Shown piece after piece: positions 12,450-23,355 of a stretch of DNA of 64,000 bases. The notes under the pieces are model-generated. The model was not told the origin of the DNA, ran no database searches, and worked only from the letters and a program-made list of their open reading frames with translations. The stretch comes from Amoebophrya sp. A120 (taxonomy: Eukaryota > Protista > Dinoflagellata). A program made the translations under genes and the position numbers. How positions within the stretch are numbered: the stretch's first letter is position 1; the number at the start of each line of letters is the position of its first letter. The stretch spans positions 4,334,518-4,398,517 of the forward strand of contig CAJINV010000004.1 of assembly GCA_905178155.1 (NCBI GenBank), read 5' to 3'.

Positions 12450-13171
12450 TTCTAGTGCGGAGCTAGCGGCTGACTGCGAGTACTGAGCACTAGTTGAATA
12501 CGTAAGTATCACGACGACGCGCCGAATAAAGGATGTGTTTGTGTACCCGCCCTGATTCTCATTCTTTCCTGTGGAAAGAGGTGCGACCAATGTTCGAAAA
12601 TTTTACACAATCACTTCAGACTCTATTGGTCTTGCCGGATTCTGGCGCCGAACTAGTAGTACCCGTTGAGGGAAACATCGTTGTTCACTTTAGAAGATGA
12701 TAGAACCACGGGCTGTGCCACACGACACCGCTTCAATGAACTTGTACCAGTGCCGTTTCAATACGTCAGCCTCAGGAAGCAACCGCGACGGACTGCTTGT
12801 TTTCTTTCTTTTGATGCGAAGTTTTTGAAAGGATCCTATTCCGTCGAACACGTTTTGTGCAAAGTAGAAAGTAGAAACGGTCTCTTTTCGCGACCTTTTT
12901 TCGCGACCACATTCAGGTGTCGAGAATTAGAATAAGGTGGCGAACTTCATGTGTGTCGTCAGAATTCTGTGGATTTCTAAGGGCGGTATTAAGTGAAAAC
13001 GAGCTCAGGCGCATTATCTATCATCTTCGAAAAGCGAAACTGAGGACGAAGATCAAAACGAAGTCATGGTTTGAGAAAAATAGAACGTTCTAGGCAATAA
13101 AACCGTAATGTTAGAAAAGAAGATGGACATGATCCCATATTAGTGACACAGAAATATAAACTTCAAACAAG

Positions 13172-16100
13172 ATGGCGCAATCACATCCAGAAGAAAAGTT
13201 GTGCGAGCTTCTGCGGAAATGTGGGTATGAGTCGCAGCGCATCACGGACTTGCATTTTCTGTTCTCGAAAAAAGGGAGGTCTGTCGTGCCCGTCTCAAAG
13301 CGAGATGAGGACGATCTTCACGTTGTACCTGCTGCGGAGGTTGCGAGCGGGCTCTCGCGTCTGGTTGAAATGCCGGACGAAGAGTACTTCACCTGGTGTG
13401 ATTTCATTCAAGAGGCGGAGAAAGAGGAGAAGGTGAAAATTTTGAAGCAAGCTACTGCAGAACAAGCGGCTCTGGACGGTGGAGGTGGGGGGCAGTTGCA
13501 CGCAAAGGAAAGACAAACCGAGTCTACAACTCCTGGCGAAGTAGGGGGCGAAGGGACAAACACCAAGAAATCTTCGAAGCGACGGGTCGGAAAGGCAAAG
13601 GCGAAAAAGCAGGCAGGAACGACTGTCACCCGTGCGAAGGAAGCCACGGCGGCAGCAAAAGATAAAGATGGATCTTGTGGAATTATTGCGGATAACAAGG
13701 AGGCTCGAGCTACTATGATTTCGGATCTGCAAGCGAGAGCAGACAAAGTTCTGACTCTCGGACACGAGCGGATTGCGAGCGGTGCCCACCGCGAGCTCTC
13801 CCAAGAGTGTTTTAGCCTCCTCCGTGATATTATCCTGCAGAGGATCACGTGCGACGAAAATACCCGCGGTTTGAGTTTTAGCAAGAATTTTTCTACTACG
13901 GAGGGCGCCATGTCGACGAGGAAAGAATCTAGTACTACTACGCCGAGACCCACTTCTATGGCGAGCGACGCGACCTCTGCGACGGTCTCAGTCGACAATG
14001 AGTCTCCAATTAATACTGCAACGCCCCCACCAGCAACTACGCTGCAGAGTTGTTCTCTACCTGGAGCAGGTTCAGCAGCAGCTTCTCATGATGCTCAAAC
14101 CTCCACCCCGACAACAACCGCCGGGGACACCATTGCTTCCGCCTCTCCCTCTCCAACACTACTAGAATTGGAAAGAGACCACAAAGACAGCAACAGCAAT
14201 AAAACCACGAAGGCTAGTAGTACGGCATCCCCCGCTTCGGGACCGTCCCTCAAGGTTCTGATGGACATCTTTGATATTCCCTGCACCTCCAGCAGCTCAT
14301 TGGGCCAAAGCTCCAGGAGCATCGGCGGCGCTCCACGACCTGGAGAAGTTTCATCCGCACCAAAACAAGACTCCGAAGATGTTGAAAAGTCTGTCACTAC
14401 TACTGCTTCTCAACAACATCGCACCCTGGCTCGTGCCGTTGACCTTTGTTTTCTCTCTATGGTGGCGTGGCTCCAGGAGCTAACCGAGGAATTTCAAGTG
14501 ACGCAGCGAAAAACCGGGCAAGTGTTCTCCGCGATTAAAGCAGCGACAGCACGTGGCGGCGCTTTCAACTACAGCATGAGACAGAAGTGCGAAGAAGATG
14601 AAGAACTACAAGAACTATCGGTATCGGAGAAGGAAAAGATGAAGGTGAGGAAGGCAAACAAATTCCTTGCCGACCTTATGCAAGAAAAAAACTGTGTAAG
14701 TGTAACTTTGTAATGCAAAACATGCAACAGAGTTACACCTGTCATGCCACACAGCCATGAAGTCCTTTTTTCAAGTGCATGTTCCCTTACAAGCCACCCA
14801 TGACAGGTTTTCTCTGTCATGTAGAGCATATTTGTGATGCTGTCTGCCAAAGAAAGTTACACTAACACAATTTTTTTCTTGGATAGACCTCCAGGATAAA
14901 GTCGATCTCGATATAAAAACCACAACCTCTTCTACTTCCATGAATCATAGAACTCATGGGGATGAAAAAGTCCGGCTGGAAGATTGTGCGACGCTGTTTC
15001 GTTTCCTAGATAAACTGGAGGAAGAGCTGGAACTCGTCGTGGTACAGTTGTCAACCGCCGAGGGTGGACGAGGTTCGTCTGTGCTGTTACAACGGAAAAA
15101 TTACGAAACAACTCGCCAAGCAATCGTCGGTCTGAGGAAGCACCTGCGCACGGCGGTTTGCGAAAAGTGCGGTAAAATGAACTCCTCGCGGTGGGAAGCC
15201 TTGAACAAAATCCAGGATACGCGTTGCAAAATCATCAATATCGTAGCACTAGAAATGATGACGAACACGAATCATCTTTTCAAGAAAAAAAACGTAAGTT
15301 GTAATGCTGTTTTCCCATAGAGGGCCACAGGCCTGTAGTCATGCATGACTGCGATTATCATTATTACGAGTGCGTCGATATTGCTTTTGCACTGGATCCA
15401 GGAGTTTGCGCAGTTACTCGCCAACAACGGGTATCCAGCAGTACTAGACCCGTTGACGCAGGGCGAAGCAGCCCTAGCCATTTCGGCCACAACCAGTGCA
15501 GCTGCGGCGCAGCACATTGGAACAGCAGGTGCAAACGGAACTACGACTCGGAGGACTCACGGTAGCACTGGTGGCCTGGAGGAAGCCACAAGAAGAGAGC
15601 TGGATGATCCGAAGGAAAAAAATAACCCGTTTATCGAAAAGAAAAGCCCCGCCTCCCCATATCAAACTGAAACTTCTGATACTGGATTTGTGTACACAGA
15701 TCTGAGCTGTCTTGCTGGAGAGCACTGCAGGCCCATACTAAGTGCGAGTAGAAGGGTTTTGGCTTAGGCACTTAGCATGAGTAACGTCCGCGCTGTAGGC
15801 CCAACAGCATGACAAATCGTCTGCGTAATGTGGCGGAGCCTGCGCACTTGCCTTCTTGCAAGCCAGACACGATTTGTGAGCACAAATCAGCATGACAAAT
15901 TCCCAAAAATATACCTTTTCGATATGGGGAGGGGGGATTTTTCTCTACGATACCGTTCCCGCAGCGCGCAGCAGGCCAGGAGCGGCGTTTGTGGCGGGAG
16001 GAGATGAAGTTCAGTGAACTTGTGCTGGAGCACCTTGATGGGCAAGAGGAGCACCAGTTTTTCGGAGACCTCGGGATTCGCAGCGCGCTCTGCCGGGGCG

Positions 16101-18210
16101 TGTTCAGTGACCTGGCGTTCAATGGTGATCGCGTCAAAGCGGTGCGCAATTTGAGGAAGGTGGTCCCGTCAGAGCACTGGTGGACCAAGGGGATCATGCG
16201 TGAGAAAGTGTTGCTTCGCGAAGGGGATTATGCGTTGCAAATGTAGTTCATCATTTTATCGTACCTACTAGTGGTCGTAATTCAGAGAATCTTCAGAAAT
16301 GGAGTTTGTTTTCATGCAGCACCAGGAAATCGACTTCGAGGTAGTAGTAGCAGAACAGAAGCGGAATTTTCAGGACGCATGGCCGCAAAAATGAAAATCA
16401 TGTGCTGTGTATAAGGAGGAGTGCGAATGCGATAGAAGACTTTTGCAACCTGCATACGCCAACCTCGGAAAGCAGGCAGCGGAGATATTTTGACAAGCTG
16501 ACCGAGTTTGTGACCGAGTACGCCGATTTAGAGGAGAACGCTCGCGAGCGGCACCCGATGTTCGGGCCCGACTTCTGGGCGGATGCCACGTTTGACAAGA
16601 AGGGCCGGGACCCCGCGTCGCTGTGGCTCGACCCGAATCACTTGCCGTTCCTGGCGCAAAAGCTTTTCACGCTCTCGAGCGTGGTCTTCGACCTCTTGGA
16701 GATCTACCGCACCGATGGAATCCCTCTCGAATGGGGCTTCCAGATTTTCGAAGAAGACCGGGCGGCGGCAGAACGCGGGCGACGACACCTACTCGACGGC
16801 GGCGGCGGTCTGAGTAGTTACCTCGCGAACGACTTTCAAATGCTCTTGATGCAGGTCGAGGAGTTGTTCGATATCGCAATCGGAAATGCGCCTGCAAAGG
16901 AAATGAGTGCTAGTTCAACTACTGCTAATGGCACAACATCATCAACTTCTGCCACGAAGAAGAAACCCAAAGACAAGGCTTCAAAAAAGGCGGCGGAGGC
17001 AGCGTACAAACAGGGCTGGCAGATCTCCGATGTGGTTCTTTCTGCCCTGGCTGCGGCGCAGGCCGTCCGGTTGCACCCCCTGGTTCGGCGCAGCGGGCGC
17101 TTTCGCCACGCGCTGCACTCCGGTACCCCCCAAATGTTGCACGCCAAATGGGCTCTGCAATTCGTGAGACGGACGAACAATAATGGTAGTAATGATTGTA
17201 GTTCATCTTCCGCCGGCGGCGCAGCTTATGATCCGAAGTGGATGCTGCACGAGTTCTCTTCCCCGCGCCGCACCTGGATTGTGCTCTGGAAACTGGGGAT
17301 CGGGAGAGTCGCCACCGTCGACCTGCGCCACGACGAGCTTACGCGGGCGGCGGCGTCGAACCCCCGGCTCGCACGGCAGCGGTTCTCGCACCCGCCCTGG
17401 GGAATCGCAGTTTTCCGTGCCTTGGCGCGCACCATTGTGTCGTCAGCCGCACAAGTGTTTCGAGATGTTGAAGAGGAGCAACTACAAAGAAATACCAATC
17501 TTGCCGCAGCTTACCAGAAGTTTGAAACAAATCACCACGCGAAGAATAAAAACGTGTACAATTTCGCCGATGGAGCGAGTGAGAGACAGCCGCTCATTTC
17601 CTCTTCTTGGTCCGCCGATCCGGGGCTGGTGGCGGTGTGCGCGTGCGCACGGGGCGCGCTGCGCGTGCAAGAGGTCGGCAAGGACGGAGAGAAACTCTCG
17701 CGTCGAAAGTCCGAAGACTACCACAAGTACCTGAAGGTCGTCCGAGACGCCTTTACCGGGAACACGACATTTGCGGTCATGCTTCGTGAGGGGCGGGAGA
17801 TAACGAAAAAATTTTTGTTCAAATGGAAAGACTGCACGCTCATTGAGGGTTGCGGGGGAGATGATGGGGCAGAAAATCATCAAAGTAGTAAGCCCGCAGA
17901 AAAGAAGATTATGGAGGAAGATCAACACGCAGATGAAAATAGAAAGAGCCGCGACAAGGAAAACGACGAGTACGTCAGCCCGATGGAATGGCACGACGAA
18001 TTCACTCTGCAGCAGAATGTGAATGCCAACCTCTTGCTCGACAGCTACCCCGAAGAAACACAGAATCTCGACCTTGTCGTGCTTCTGGCTGATTTATTTG
18101 CGCTGGTCGACGCGTTGGACGGAATCGAGGAGGCTTTTCAGGGGGTGAAAAAAACCGTCCAGGGCCTCAACGCGTGGAAGTATTTTGAGGAGTTTCACGC
18201 GCGGAAATAG
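13172..18210 (+). CDS. Large protein with degenerate HicA-like N-terminal domain; paralog of 19103-22873; 4 introners
   Basis: Spliced product is collinear with the downstream paralog (DLCFLSMVAWLQEL, LQDKVD, LFRFLD, EMKFSELVLEH, DPNHLPFLAQKL, AVRLHPLVRRS, GKDGEKLSRRK, AWKYFEEFH). Junction at 16229-16413 unresolved. Confidence 0.85.
14677..14885. mobile_element. Introner family E2, 209 bp
   Basis: tatgcaagaaaaaaactgtgtaagtgtaac / gttacactaacacaattttttttcttggata; DR gacct/gacct; removal gives ADLQDKVD, matching paralog ELQDKVD. Confidence 0.92.
15218..15398. mobile_element. Degenerate family-B-like introner, 181 bp
   Basis: tacgcgttgcaaaa... / ...ttttgcactggatc; DR cagga/cagga; removal gives NKIQ-EFAQ in frame. 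Confidence 0.75.
15632..15952. mobile_element. Introner (single copy, family F), 321 bp
   Basis: tatcgaaaagaaaagccccgcctccccatatc / gatatggggaggggggatttttctctacgata; DR ccgtt/ccgtt; frame restored. Confidence 0.9.
16229..16413. mobile_element. Highly degenerate introner-like intron, boundaries uncertain
   Basis: Weak TIR (about 15/23 matches, tatgcgttgcaaatgtagttcat vs reverse complement of the end); interrupts the frame where the paralog is continuous; no clean DR. Confidence 0.55.
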
Positions 18211-19102
18211 AGGGGACTCGTGAGTAGACGATTCTAAACGAAAGAAGTTCAACATCGTGCCTGCGGGGATGGTTTAGCAGTAACAAAACGAACAGTGAAA
18301 AGCGTTGTAAAGGTGAAGCGTTCGAAAATGAAAGTCACAAGAACGCGTTGCGGAATGATCCATGATTCTTACCTATGCTCAATTCTGCGGCGACGTCGAG
18401 ATGTGAACACGGCACGCACTCTTGCATTTGCTTAACGCTGATGCGCAGTGCTGCGGGTTGTTCTCTTCGTTGTTCATCTATCTAACAAGCCATTGACTTA
18501 GATCCAGCTAGCGCCGAGGACTACATGCACTGTGAATACCACCATCGACAGTGAGTGGCTCTTCCATTCCATAGAAGACGATCCTGCTATGTCGTGCTAG
18601 ACTCCTCATTCTGAGTGGAAGTCTCGCGCAGCGCACGAAAACTGTAACTGAAACGGTAAGTCATAGCCAGTGCCATTTTTATGTCAACAGGCGATCGCTC
18701 CGGACAGACACGTGATCTGTTTTATTGTTTCCTTTTGGATCATAAACGAGGACGAGCCTAAAGCTCGTGGACTCGATGAAGATTGTTACCTTTTACTGCA
18801 GTTTCCGATAGAGAGGTTTCAAGAATCTTGTTCGCCGCGTGATAATTATGCCAAACGTCAGAACTATGCACAACGAAGAAGAGACACGCTCAAACATAGC
18901 CGCGCGCTTTATTTGTAGGGGCTTGGTGCAAGCCTAAGCCAGCGCAGTTGAAAGCTCAGCTTAGGTTGAGGCTCAGTTTTTTTTGACATTTTTTCTACAC
19001 ATTCATTGACATTCGCTGCACTTATATGTATTCTTGAAAAATTACACTCCCAATGCCATCGCAACTTCTCTAAATTTGAGTCTCACAACATCTTCAAAAA
19101 AG

Positions 19103-22100
19103 ATGCGAGCGGACAGGCTGTTCGAGATTTTGCAGGAGCACGGATACGAGCTCCAGCGTATCACGGGGTCGCATTTCATGTTATCGAAACCGGGAAGGGG
19201 CGTGTTACCGGTTGCCGTTCACGACCACCAGGTGCGAGAGGACGCTGCGGACGCCATTTTGCGACTGATTCGGATGTCAGACGAGGAATATCGAGAACGG
19301 TGTCAATTTTTCAAGCGGGCGGTCAAGGAGGGCAACATTCCCGGCAATGGAGGACGAGGGGACGGAAACACGGCGGAGATACGTGGGGGGAAAGCAAAAC
19401 GACGCGCTGCAAAGCTAAACGCTAAAAAGCGCGCAACCCGAACGAACATAACAGCAAAAAGCAGACCGGGGCCTTCTGCTCCTTCAGGCGAATGCGCTAT
19501 AGCAGCCGCGACAGCGTATGAAGAAAAAAAGCAGCAGGAGGCGGCATCCCGGGCGGCTCGCGTTGAGAGTCTACAGAACAGAATAGACGACATTCTTCAT
19601 TCCGGACCCGAACGCATCGCCTGCGGCTGCCACAACGAAGTTTCTCAAGAGCTGTGTAAACTTTTCCTTGATATGGAACACTTCGACAACTACACAGTCA
19701 CAGACGCACGCTCATCGACGAAGAAGTTCTCAACGCCACGAAACAGATTGCTGGCGGCCGATCAAGAAGCTGCGGCGCGAGCAAACGCTGTCAGTGTCAC
19801 AGTCGAATCCGGTGCAGTTGCGACGTCGCTGCCCTCGTCAGGGTTTGCCTCGTCCGCAGAAGTAGTTCATCAGCAAGAAATCGAGGCGTCCCAGTCTCCT
19901 CTTGATGTGGGTACGCCGACGAACAGCTCCAGCGGCACTACGACAGCGAGCTCCCCTGCATTGGAAGAAGATGACGATGAGTCCTCTACGAGCAACGTAA
20001 CGAATCTCATCAAGTTGGTGACACATGTCTTCCCCCGGGTGGATGCTGGTGCGCGGGTGACGTCTAGTACGAATCACGCACCTCGTGGCGTTCTCGACCT
20101 CTGTTTTCTGGCGGTGGTCACGTGGCTGCAGGAGCTCAAAGAACAAGCACACATACCGCAACAGAAAATTGGTGAGGTTTTCTCCGCCATCACAGCAGCG
20201 AACGCGCCGGGAGGCCTGATCATCACCAACTCGTCGAAGGAGTGGGCATTCAAGCAATTTGTCACGGAACTCCAGGACAAGGTTGACGAAGCGGCCAAGG
20301 TCGTTGTGCATCTCCACGAATTTGCCTCGCTCTTCCGCTTTTTTGATCAGCTGCAGGCCCATTTCTGGCGCGAAAGAGAGGAGGTTGGCAACATGAGAAA
20401 TTACTTCCGAGAAGCAGTGTGTAATATTTTTGGCGGGATTATTGAAGGGCGGTGGGAGGCAATTCGGCAAGTCAGGACATGCGCAGGGTACGATGACGAA
20501 CTCACGGGTTCAGAAAATGTCCAAGCAATGCAAGACGCCCTTGATGATGTTTTTGCGCAGGTTTCCTCGGATTCTCCGCCGACTGTCGAAGAAGGTTGCA
20601 ACCGTCTCTCCTCAATAAGAAGCGACTTCGACTTCCTGTTCCTCGCCATCGGGAGGCGCCAAGAAACTGCGGTGTTGCGTGATGAAATGAAATTCTGTGA
20701 AGTGTTGCTGGAGCATGTTTATCCTGAAGAAGGCAAATCTCTGAATGGCTTGAGGATTCGCAGCGCTCTCTCGCGAACCATTTTCAGTGTCCTCGGGTGC
20801 GATTTCGATCGCGCCAAAGCTGTCCGCAACTTGAAAAAGATGCTGCCACCTAGCGTTTGGGATTTTTCCGAAACCCGGTTAAAGCAAATAAATCGGCCAG
20901 GGGCAGTAGTGCGAACTGGCGAAACGGCGGTAACCAGACATCGAAACTATTTCCAGAAGCTACTAAAGGTTGTGGCCGAGTACTCCGAACTCGAAAGAAG
21001 TGCCCGCGAAAAGCATCCTACAGCGGATCCCCAATTCTGGAAAGAAATGTACAGCATGACGCGCAGATGGACCGATCCGATTCACCTGCCTTTTCTCGCA
21101 CGCAAGCTTTTGGCTTTGTCGGTGGCCATCTGGGATCTCCTCGAAGTCTACCGGACGTATGGAATGCCCCCCGAATGGGGCTTCCGATCAGCGTCGTGGT
21201 CAGAGCACATGCAATACCAAGCCGCAATAGAGTGTGGGCAAGATGACCTTCTCGACGGCGGCGAGGGGCTGTATAGCTTCCTCGCGCACGACTTCCAAAA
21301 TCTTATGGTGATTGTTCCAGAACTTTTTGAAATCGCGACCGCGAGGCAAAGGCCCTTTCTAAAAGGTGATGGCGCGGTTGGAACAAACAAACGAAAGCTC
21401 CATCCTTCGAAGCGGACGACGGAAGCCCCGCACAAAGAAGCATTGGAGTGCTGTGACGTAGTCCTTGCCGCTATATCTGCAGCGCACGCTGTGCGACTGC
21501 ATCCCCTAGTGCGCAGAAGCCCTGGCTTCCGGGATATGCTCACGACGGGCATGACCGCCAGGGCGCGTGCAGATTGGATCCTTGAATTTATTAAAGCAAG
21601 CATCGCGAAGAATTCTTGTTTCGCGTTCGACAAACTAAACCGTGTTCCTTTCTCGTCTCTTCAGCGGAATTGGATTCTGCTCTGGAAATTCGGTATGGGA
21701 AGGGTCGCCGACTTCGACCTGCGCGAAGATGCTCGACCGACGACCAAGACTGCCGTGACAAAGTACCTGAAGCGCTATTCACACCCCTACGGACTTGCCG
21801 TGCTCCGAGCGTGCACGCGGGCAATCGTTTCTTCAGCTGCACAAGTCTTTCGTGTTCAGGGCATCGGGTCGTTCTTGACTCCCGGATGCGGATTTATTGA
21901 AGAACATGAACAACAAGCGTACGACAACGACTACGAAAGAAGCAGGGAGGACGGCAGCGCACCATCCGATCCAACTTCCAATTCTGGTCTGGCCACTAAC
22001 ACCATCCAAGAGCTTAAAGAAGGTGAACAAGAAGGGTCAGCAAGTGTAAATAAACCCGAGGACAACCAAAGCACGCGGACATATTTGGAACTGGCTGGAG

Positions 22101-22873
22101 CCTGTAACAGGTTCCAGAAATTACTCGATGACCACCGAGAAGCTTCGTTTGTGCAACCCGACGAGGGGCAGCCGCTTTGTTTCTCCGCGTGGTCTGCCGA
22201 CCCGAGCCTTATGGCCGTTTGCGCGAATGCTCGAGGTGAGCTCCACGTGCAGAAAATGGGCAAGGACGGAGAGAAACTTTCTCGTCGAAAATTGGACGAC
22301 CATCGTAAATACCTCAAGACCATTCGAGACACCTTCCACGGGAACACGAAGCTTGCTACGGCGCTTCGCGATGGCCAGGAAATCACCAACGACTTTTTGC
22401 TGAAATGGAAGGACTCCTCGCTCGTGCGGCAGCAAGAGCCAGATGAACAATCTGCGCAGGAAATAGCAGGCGCGGGCACTGACACCGTCCCTGTGCCACG
22501 CTCCATCTTGGGAGACGAGGATCATTGTTCCACCAGTGCGCAACCTGCGACGCTAGACACAATGGTAAGTAGTGCCCAGGGTCGTGGTGCCCCAGCTCCA
22601 GCAGACCACGAGAAGCAAGCACAGTACGTCAGCAACATGGAGTGGCACTACGAGAGTATTTGGTTGAAAAATTGTACGGTTGCCGGGGCATTGCACGAGG
22701 ACAACCCCGCAGAAGCGGAGTGTCTCGATATTGCCTTACTCCTCACCGACTTGCACAAATTAGTTCAAGCACTCGAGGTTGCGGATTCTGTTTTCCAATC
22801 ACTTAGGAGGACCCTGGAGAACTCGAAAGCGTGGAAGTATTTCGAAGAATTCCATGTCAGAAAAGCAAAATGA
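19103..22873 (+). CDS. Intronless ~1256-aa protein with N-terminal HicA/YcfA-like (dsRBD-fold mRNA interferase) domain
   Basis: Uninterrupted ORF; first 63 aa MRADRLFEILQEHGYELQRITGSHFMLSKPGRGVLPVAVHDHQVREDAADAILRLIRMSDEEY fit the HicA pattern by eye; remainder unrecognised. Confidence 0.85.
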   Translation: MRADRLFEILQEHGYELQRITGSHFMLSKPGRGVLPVAVHDHQVREDAADAILRLIRMSDEEYRERCQFFKRAVKEGNIPGNGGRGDGNTAEIRGGKAKRRAAKLNAKKRATRTNITAKSRPGPSAPSGECAIAAATAYEEKKQQEAASRAARVESLQNRIDDILHSGPERIACGCHNEVSQELCKLFLDMEHFDNYTVTDARSSTKKFSTPRNRLLAADQEAAARANAVSVTVESGAVATSLPSSGFASSAEVVHQQEIEASQSPLDVGTPTNSSSGTTTASSPALEEDDDESSTSNVTNLIKLVTHVFPRVDAGARVTSSTNHAPRGVLDLCFLAVVTWLQELKEQAHIPQQKIGEVFSAITAANAPGGLIITNSSKEWAFKQFVTELQDKVDEAAKVVVHLHEFASLFRFFDQLQAHFWREREEVGNMRNYFREAVCNIFGGIIEGRWEAIRQVRTCAGYDDELTGSENVQAMQDALDDVFAQVSSDSPPTVEEGCNRLSSIRSDFDFLFLAIGRRQETAVLRDEMKFCEVLLEHVYPEEGKSLNGLRIRSALSRTIFSVLGCDFDRAKAVRNLKKMLPPSVWDFSETRLKQINRPGAVVRTGETAVTRHRNYFQKLLKVVAEYSELERSAREKHPTADPQFWKEMYSMTRRWTDPIHLPFLARKLLALSVAIWDLLEVYRTYGMPPEWGFRSASWSEHMQYQAAIECGQDDLLDGGEGLYSFLAHDFQNLMVIVPELFEIATARQRPFLKGDGAVGTNKRKLHPSKRTTEAPHKEALECCDVVLAAISAAHAVRLHPLVRRSPGFRDMLTTGMTARARADWILEFIKASIAKNSCFAFDKLNRVPFSSLQRNWILLWKFGMGRVADFDLREDARPTTKTAVTKYLKRYSHPYGLAVLRACTRAIVSSAAQVFRVQGIGSFLTPGCGFIEEHEQQAYDNDYERSREDGSAPSDPTSNSGLATNTIQELKEGEQEGSASVNKPEDNQSTRTYLELAGACNRFQKLLDDHREASFVQPDEGQPLCFSAWSADPSLMAVCANARGELHVQKMGKDGEKLSRRKLDDHRKYLKTIRDTFHGNTKLATALRDGQEITNDFLLKWKDSSLVRQQEPDEQSAQEIAGAGTDTVPVPRSILGDEDHCSTSAQPATLDTMVSSAQGRGAPAPADHEKQAQYVSNMEWHYESIWLKNCTVAGALHEDNPAEAECLDIALLLTDLHKLVQALEVADSVFQSLRRTLENSKAWKYFEEFHVRKAK

Positions 22874-23355
22874 AAGAAATCCGTGCAGCAGCTGTGTGCT
22901 GGCCTGAGCCCGTTTTGGACAGGTTTTTTCAGTAAAGTGATGCCGTAGCAGCTTCTCGTCCAGTGGTGCGCCCGAAAAAGAAAGTCTGCCAGAAACAGAA
23001 CTGCTCCGCTTTTGATGTTTGGCGGCAAACTAGTTAAATTCGGCCGCTGTTGTTCTCATTTTTGATTTGGGATGGTTTCACAATCGCGCGCTGATGAATT
23101 GCATAGCATTTGAAGCGGTGTGGTGTTGCTGACTTTGGTATTATCTCGACTCAGCCTCAGGCTGATGCGATTATATCATCCTCGGTCGTCCTCATACATG
23201 ATCAGAAATATCTATATCATTTGGTGGGTTCCCGTCAAGATCTCATAATCGCTCGGTTGATTTTCGTTTGGAATTGCTTTTGTTGGTCCACAACTGACAT
23301 TTCTATCGTGTGCCCCACCGTTCTTTCGTTCCCTTCCTTGCATCCTGAGTTGCCG

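Noticed and set aside
18929-18968. Imperfect hairpin (cctaagc...gcttagg) upstream of the HicA-like gene as a TA-system operator
   Set aside because: Short imperfect stem, no equivalent seen upstream of the paralog, and no antitoxin gene.
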